Source: Thermoanaerobaculia bacterium
Lineage (GTDB): Bacteria > Acidobacteriota > Thermoanaerobaculia > Multivoradales > UBA5704
Assembly (NCBI GenBank): GCA_036002325.1
Contig: DASYTJ010000026.1
Span: forward strand, 2,416-66,415
DNA: 64,000 nt
Direction: 5' to 3'
In this document: in pieces, positions 60,164-64,000 of the stretch
Layout of the letters: each line of letters begins with the position of its first letter
How positions within the stretch are numbered: position 1 is the first letter of the stretch
Translations under genes and position numbers: made by a program
Notes under the pieces: generated by a model
Told to the model about the DNA's origin: nothing
Seen by the model: only the letters and a program-made list of their open reading frames with translations
The model's database searches: none

Positions 60164-60376
60164 CTACTTTTCCCAGAATATAATGAGCAGCTTGAACGCG
60201 TAATATCCCAAAGCAAAGACCGTGAAGAGCCCTCCGAGGCCCTTCGACACGCTGTCAGCCCACGGCCGATCAACAAGCCAGAAGATGAGGAAGCCTGCGA
60301 TGAGACAGAGGATCGCCGCAGCGGCGCATGCCAGCGCGAAACCGACCAGGACTTTCGGCTTTGCCGGATCGATCAT
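60164..60376 (-). CDS. Small two-pass membrane protein (70 aa)
   Basis: ATG 60376 overlaps the stop of the preceding small ORF (ATGA). VLVGFALACAAAAILCLIAGFLIFWLV...LGGLFTVFALGYYAFKLLIIFW. Lower GC than the surroundings. Confidence 0.5.
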   Translation of the reverse strand: MIDPAKPKVLVGFALACAAAAILCLIAGFLIFWLVDRPWADSVSKGLGGLFTVFALGYYAFKLLIIFWEK

Positions 60377-60528
60377 GTCGCCCTCGCGGCACGCTCGCGC
60401 GTCCACGTCTCGGAGACCTCACGCCCTTTGGCGTGATCATCCACCACCAGGATCAGCTGGTAATTGTGGTCGCTGTACTGGATCATGGCGTCTTCGCGGT
60501 AAGAGCATACCTGACCTGCCTCGATCAC
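60373..60528 (-). CDS. Small 51-aa ORF translationally coupled between the transglutaminase gene and the membrane peptide gene (not in the ORF track)
   Basis: GTG 60528 overlaps the TGA of the transglutaminase gene (GTGA). VIEAGQVCSYREDAMIQYSDHNYQLILVVDDHAKGREVSETWTRERAARAT. The stop overlaps the next ATG. Confidence 0.4.
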   Translation of the reverse strand: MIEAGQVCSYREDAMIQYSDHNYQLILVVDDHAKGREVSETWTRERAARAT

Positions 60529-62603
60529 CCCGCCTTGCGCATCCCCTTTTCCGCCTCCTCCAGCGCCTCCTTCAGCGCCTCGAGATCCTCGTCTTCCAAC
60601 GCCTGGCCGCCGAAGCTCTCGCGTAAGTAGAAGTCGATGACGCGCGCGGCAGGCGCGGCGGCCTCGGGGTAGCGCGCCTCAGCTTCGCGGCTCACGGCGA
60701 GCGGCGGCACGGAGTCGGCGAGCGGCACGCCCGAGCGGCCAAGGCGGCGTCGAAGGCGGCGGTAGGCGGCGGTGGCGCTGAGCGGCGGACGCAGGCGGAG
60801 ATAAAGGACCCACACGCCAACGGCGGCCAGCGTGAGCCCGAGAGCCAGAGGCAGCGGCACGTCGGGCAGCCAGGGGCGCTCGGTAGCCTGCAGGGAGCCG
60901 TCCGGGTTGAGCGCCTCCAGGCCCGAAGATGCACCGGGCTCCTCCGGCTTCTCGTCGCGATTGAAGACCGACCAGAAGTCGCCCCACATCTGCCGCAGGC
61001 TGCTGAAGATCTGGAGCTGGTCATAGAGGCCGAAAGTGAGGACGTAGCGGTCCCAGCGGAAGAGCACGAAGTCCCAGGCCTGCTGCGCCAGGAGCCAGCT
61101 CCCTTCGCCGGCCTCGCCCGGCCGGCCGGCCGGCGGCGTCGGATCGAAGATCCGCCAGCCTTGACCGGCGACGTAGGCTTCCACCCAGGCGTGGGCGTTG
61201 TTCTGGCGCACGATGTAATAACCCTCGAAGGGGTTGTACTCGCCGCCGAGGAAGCCCGTGACCAGCCGCGCCGGAATGCCCTGCGAGCGGAGCATCAGCA
61301 CCATGGCCGAAGCGAAGTACTCGCACTGCCCGCTGCGATAGCGGAAGAGGAAGTCCTCGATCGGGTTCTCCGGCGAGCGCCCCACGAAATCGAGGGTGTA
61401 GGAGTAGCTGTCCATCAGATAGCTCTCGAGCCGGCGGGCGCGCTCGGCGGCCGTCCCCTGACCCATCGCCCGGCCGGCGAGCGCGGTGATGCGCGGCGTC
61501 ACACCGGTCAAGTCGAGCGAGCCGTGCCTTCCACTGGCCGGCGGCGAGCCCACGAGCACCTCTTCCTTGGCCAGGCCGACCCGGTACTCCGCCACTTCCA
61601 AGGGGCTGAAGGGGAACGACACGGCTCCGCCTTCGTCGATCGACAGCGTCGACGCCCGGGGCTCGATGGCGGCGGTCTCCACCGGCAGCGGCATGCTCTG
61701 GCTGTGCAGCGGCTGAAGCCAGATCCGCGCCCAGTGGACGGGCTTCGCGGGGCTGAGAGCGTAATGGAAGCCACGGGTGCGCTGCAGACCGCTGCGCATC
61801 GGCGAGCGCCGCCAGCTCCCTCGCTGATAGACCTCGTAGGTGGCGGCCTTGAAGCGCATCTCGCGGTCCGGATCGGCGCCGCCCTCTTCGAGCACCCGCA
61901 TGGCCACCTCGCGGCTGCCGCGGATGCGTCCGATCGAGTCCAGCGTCACCTGGTCGGAAAAGCCCGCAGCTTCCAGGGCCAGGGCGTTGTTACCGCCGCG
62001 GCCCATGATGAACGGCGCCCGCACGCGCGGCAGCACCAGGAAGAGCGGCACCGCGAGCACCAGAGCGGCGGCCGTGGCGACGATCAGGAAGCCGCGCAAC
62101 GGCAGGGTGGCGAGCGCCAGGTCTTCGCGGCCGAAACCGGCGAGGACGTGAAGGAAGGCGAAGCGCGTCAGCACCACCAGCGTCAGCACCACGAAGGCGA
62201 CGAGGTAGAGCACGATCGAGGGGTGGACGCTGGTGCCCATGGCGGCGAGGAAGATGAAGAAGATGCCCATCAGCGCCTGCCACTTGTCGCGCTCGCGCAC
62301 GAGGGCGAAGAGCTTCACGAGCACCGCGAACAGGCAGAGATGGAGCACCGGCTGCACCAACCCGCGGCGGAAGCCGAAGAAATCGATCAGGAAGATCGGC
62401 AGGTAGGCGAGCCCCAGGACGTTCATCCCCCACTGCGGCAGCCACCGCGGGGGATCGAAGCTGGCACGGCGCAGGAAGAGGGCGACGCCGAGCATGAAAC
62501 AGGCCACCACGACCCAGCCCACGATCTCGTTGAACGGCAGTGGCAGGGGCGCCAGCAGGGCCAGCCCTCCCAGCAGCAGCCGTTTCTGCCGGCCGAAGCT
62601 CAT
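60525..62603 (-). CDS. Transglutaminase-like membrane protein (TgpA-type: N-terminal TM region, Cys protease-like core, C-terminal TM/DUF4129-like region)
   Basis: Catalytic-core context GQCEYFASAMVLMLRSQGIPARLVTGF...NAHAWVEAY...FDPT. ATG 62603 overlaps the DUF58 stop. Confidence 0.85.
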   Translation of the reverse strand: MSFGRQKRLLLGGLALLAPLPLPFNEIVGWVVVACFMLGVALFLRRASFDPPRWLPQWGMNVLGLAYLPIFLIDFFGFRRGLVQPVLHLCLFAVLVKLFALVRERDKWQALMGIFFIFLAAMGTSVHPSIVLYLVAFVVLTLVVLTRFAFLHVLAGFGREDLALATLPLRGFLIVATAAALVLAVPLFLVLPRVRAPFIMGRGGNNALALEAAGFSDQVTLDSIGRIRGSREVAMRVLEEGGADPDREMRFKAATYEVYQRGSWRRSPMRSGLQRTRGFHYALSPAKPVHWARIWLQPLHSQSMPLPVETAAIEPRASTLSIDEGGAVSFPFSPLEVAEYRVGLAKEEVLVGSPPASGRHGSLDLTGVTPRITALAGRAMGQGTAAERARRLESYLMDSYSYTLDFVGRSPENPIEDFLFRYRSGQCEYFASAMVLMLRSQGIPARLVTGFLGGEYNPFEGYYIVRQNNAHAWVEAYVAGQGWRIFDPTPPAGRPGEAGEGSWLLAQQAWDFVLFRWDRYVLTFGLYDQLQIFSSLRQMWGDFWSVFNRDEKPEEPGASSGLEALNPDGSLQATERPWLPDVPLPLALGLTLAAVGVWVLYLRLRPPLSATAAYRRLRRRLGRSGVPLADSVPPLAVSREAEARYPEAAAPAARVIDFYLRESFGGQALEDEDLEALKEALEEAEKGMRKAG

Positions 62604-63688
62604 CCCGCCAGCCTTTCCACGGCGCCGGGCTCCAGATGAACCCTGAGCTGCGGCGCCCGCGGATCGCCCGAGGTCAATGGCTCGCCGCCGCGCGGCCGGG
62701 GCTCGATCAAGGCCAGAGCCTCCAGCACCGCCAGCCGCTGCCGCGGTCCGCCGGCGAAGCTCAGGATGCGATCGCGCGTCACCAGCTCGATCTCATAGCC
62801 GCGCGCGAGATGGTCGACGGCGATCGTCGCCGCCTCGCTCACCAGCCGCTCGAAGCGGCTCCGCTCCGCCGGGTCCTTGAGCTCGCCGACGGCGTTGTCG
62901 AAGAGGATGGAGAGCCGGCGGCTGCGTTCGGTGGCCCGCTCGGTGAAGATCAGCTCGCCGGTGCGCGCCGTCTGCTTCCAATGGATGCCGCGGGGATCGT
63001 CGCCGCGGCGGAAGCGGCGAAGGGCGTACAGATCGTGCCCCGAGCCGGCGCGGCGGCTGGCGTCGTCACCCGCCTGCTCCGTCTCCCGGGGACGCGTGCC
63101 GTCTGAGGGGAACAGCTCGGGGAAGACCAGCACCTCGAGATCCACGCGGTAGCGCACGCCCTTGCGGAAGAAGCCGAAGGGAAAGAGGCTGGAGACGTGG
63201 ACGTAGGGGAAGCGGTGGAAGCCGCGCGTGGCGACCAACATCTCGACCTGGCCGACGCTCTTGCCCCGGCGCGGCAGGTAGGGGATGAGCAGCGGTTGCG
63301 CCGTGCGCGAGAGAGTGAACAGCAGGAACCAGCGCGGGAAGATGCGGGCGCGGCTGCGCAGCGTGAAGCCCACGCTGAAGGGGCGGTTGGCGAAGGTCTC
63401 CCCGGGCGGTTCCAGCGCAGCCTCGAGACCGCGCACGTTGCCGCGCGAGACCAATCCGGAAAGAATGAGGACGGAGAGCATCAGCGCCAGCACCATGTAG
63501 AGAGCGTTGTTGCCGGTGTTGGTGGCGGCGATCGCCACCACCACGGTGAGCAGGACGTACCACAGGCCGACCGTGGTGATGCGGATGCCTTCGGGTACGG
63601 CGCGGCGGGAGAAGATCCCTCCCGGCCGGCGGGAGCTGTGGCGGGACGAATCAGCACCGGCCCGGCGGCCGAGCCAGGAGAGCTTCAC
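62600..63688 (-). CDS. DUF58 family protein (MoxR-associated, vWA-like)
   Basis: GTG 63688 overlaps the MoxR stop. Two N-terminal TM helices. DUF58 signature LRRFRRGDDPRGIHWKQTARTGELIFTE. Confidence 0.8.
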   Translation of the reverse strand: MKLSWLGRRAGADSSRHSSRRPGGIFSRRAVPEGIRITTVGLWYVLLTVVVAIAATNTGNNALYMVLALMLSVLILSGLVSRGNVRGLEAALEPPGETFANRPFSVGFTLRSRARIFPRWFLLFTLSRTAQPLLIPYLPRRGKSVGQVEMLVATRGFHRFPYVHVSSLFPFGFFRKGVRYRVDLEVLVFPELFPSDGTRPRETEQAGDDASRRAGSGHDLYALRRFRRGDDPRGIHWKQTARTGELIFTERATERSRRLSILFDNAVGELKDPAERSRFERLVSEAATIAVDHLARGYEIELVTRDRILSFAGGPRQRLAVLEALALIEPRPRGGEPLTSGDPRAPQLRVHLEPGAVERLAG

Positions 63689-64000
63689 AGCGGTACGGGC
63701 GTCGCCGCCACCACCCGCTCGATCGCCCGCCTCGCCTGATCCAGCTCCGCCGCGCCACGCTTGAGGACGACGCGGTGCGCCAGCACGGGAGCGGCCAGGC
63801 GCTGCACGTCGTCGGGGATAGCGTAGCTGCGCCCTTCGCAGAGCGCCAACGCTTGAGTGGCGCGAAAGAGAGCCTGCAGGCCGCGAGTGGACACGCCGAG
63901 CAGGAAGTCGCCGCCATGACGGGTGGTCTCGGCGAGGGAGAGCATGTAGTCGGCCAGCTTGTCGGCGATGCGGACCCGCGCCACGCGGGCCTGGAGCTCC
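63685..64000 (-). CDS. MoxR-family AAA+ ATPase, C-terminal part (the 5' end lies outside the window)
   Basis: C-terminal lid region YMLSLAETTRH...GVSTRGLQALFRATQALALCEGRSYAIPDDVQRLAAPVLAHRVVL is typical of MoxR. Confidence 0.8.
   Translation of the reverse strand, partial: ELQARVARVRIADKLADYMLSLAETTRHGGDFLLGVSTRGLQALFRATQALALCEGRSYAIPDDVQRLAAPVLAHRVVLKRGAAELDQARRAIERVVAATPVPL

Overview
This is a very GC-rich bacterial chromosomal segment. The gene content and repeat types suggest an Acidobacteriota-like organism, but that is inference only. About 60 protein-coding genes can be supported. I saw no rRNA, tRNA, CRISPR array, transposase or integrase. In order, the window contains: (1) a BlaI/BlaR1-like pair; (2) a small operon encoding a V4R protein, a secreted protein and a wHTH-like protein; (3) a GH1 beta-glucosidase flanked by a phased repeat array; (4) a c-di-GMP operon with a REC-degenerate GGDEF protein and a GAF/PAS-GGDEF-EAL protein; (5) a PilT-like ATPase with a small partner; (6) a five-gene operon whose products all carry signal peptides and whose organisation mimics a chaperone/usher fibre system without recognisable canonical motifs, which is the top finding; (7) a TonB-dependent receptor with a periplasmic CbiX-like protein; (8) a degraded toxin-antitoxin remnant; (9) a GT4 gene, a CheB-CheR-PAS hybrid kinase and an XRE regulator; (10) a GAF kinase/NarL regulator pair; (11) a stress-type cluster (BON, CsbD, Trp-rich secreted protein, 29-aa membrane peptide, PBP1A) in which five promoter regions share a conserved bipartite motif of about 50 bp; (12) a large glycan-assembly cluster with four more GT4 genes, GT-C-like membrane proteins and a priming phosphotransferase; (13) a 46-aa histone H1-like protein; (14) pgl-zwf-gnd; (15) an outer-membrane barrel; (16) a DUF885-like lipoprotein followed by a 7-copy 19-20 bp tandem repeat; (17) a MoxR-DUF58-transglutaminase operon with two small coupled ORFs. 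Many long ORFs in the supplied track are antisense or out-of-frame shadows of real genes, and several real genes start well inside their listed ORF. All functional calls rest on motifs I could read by eye. No database search was possible.
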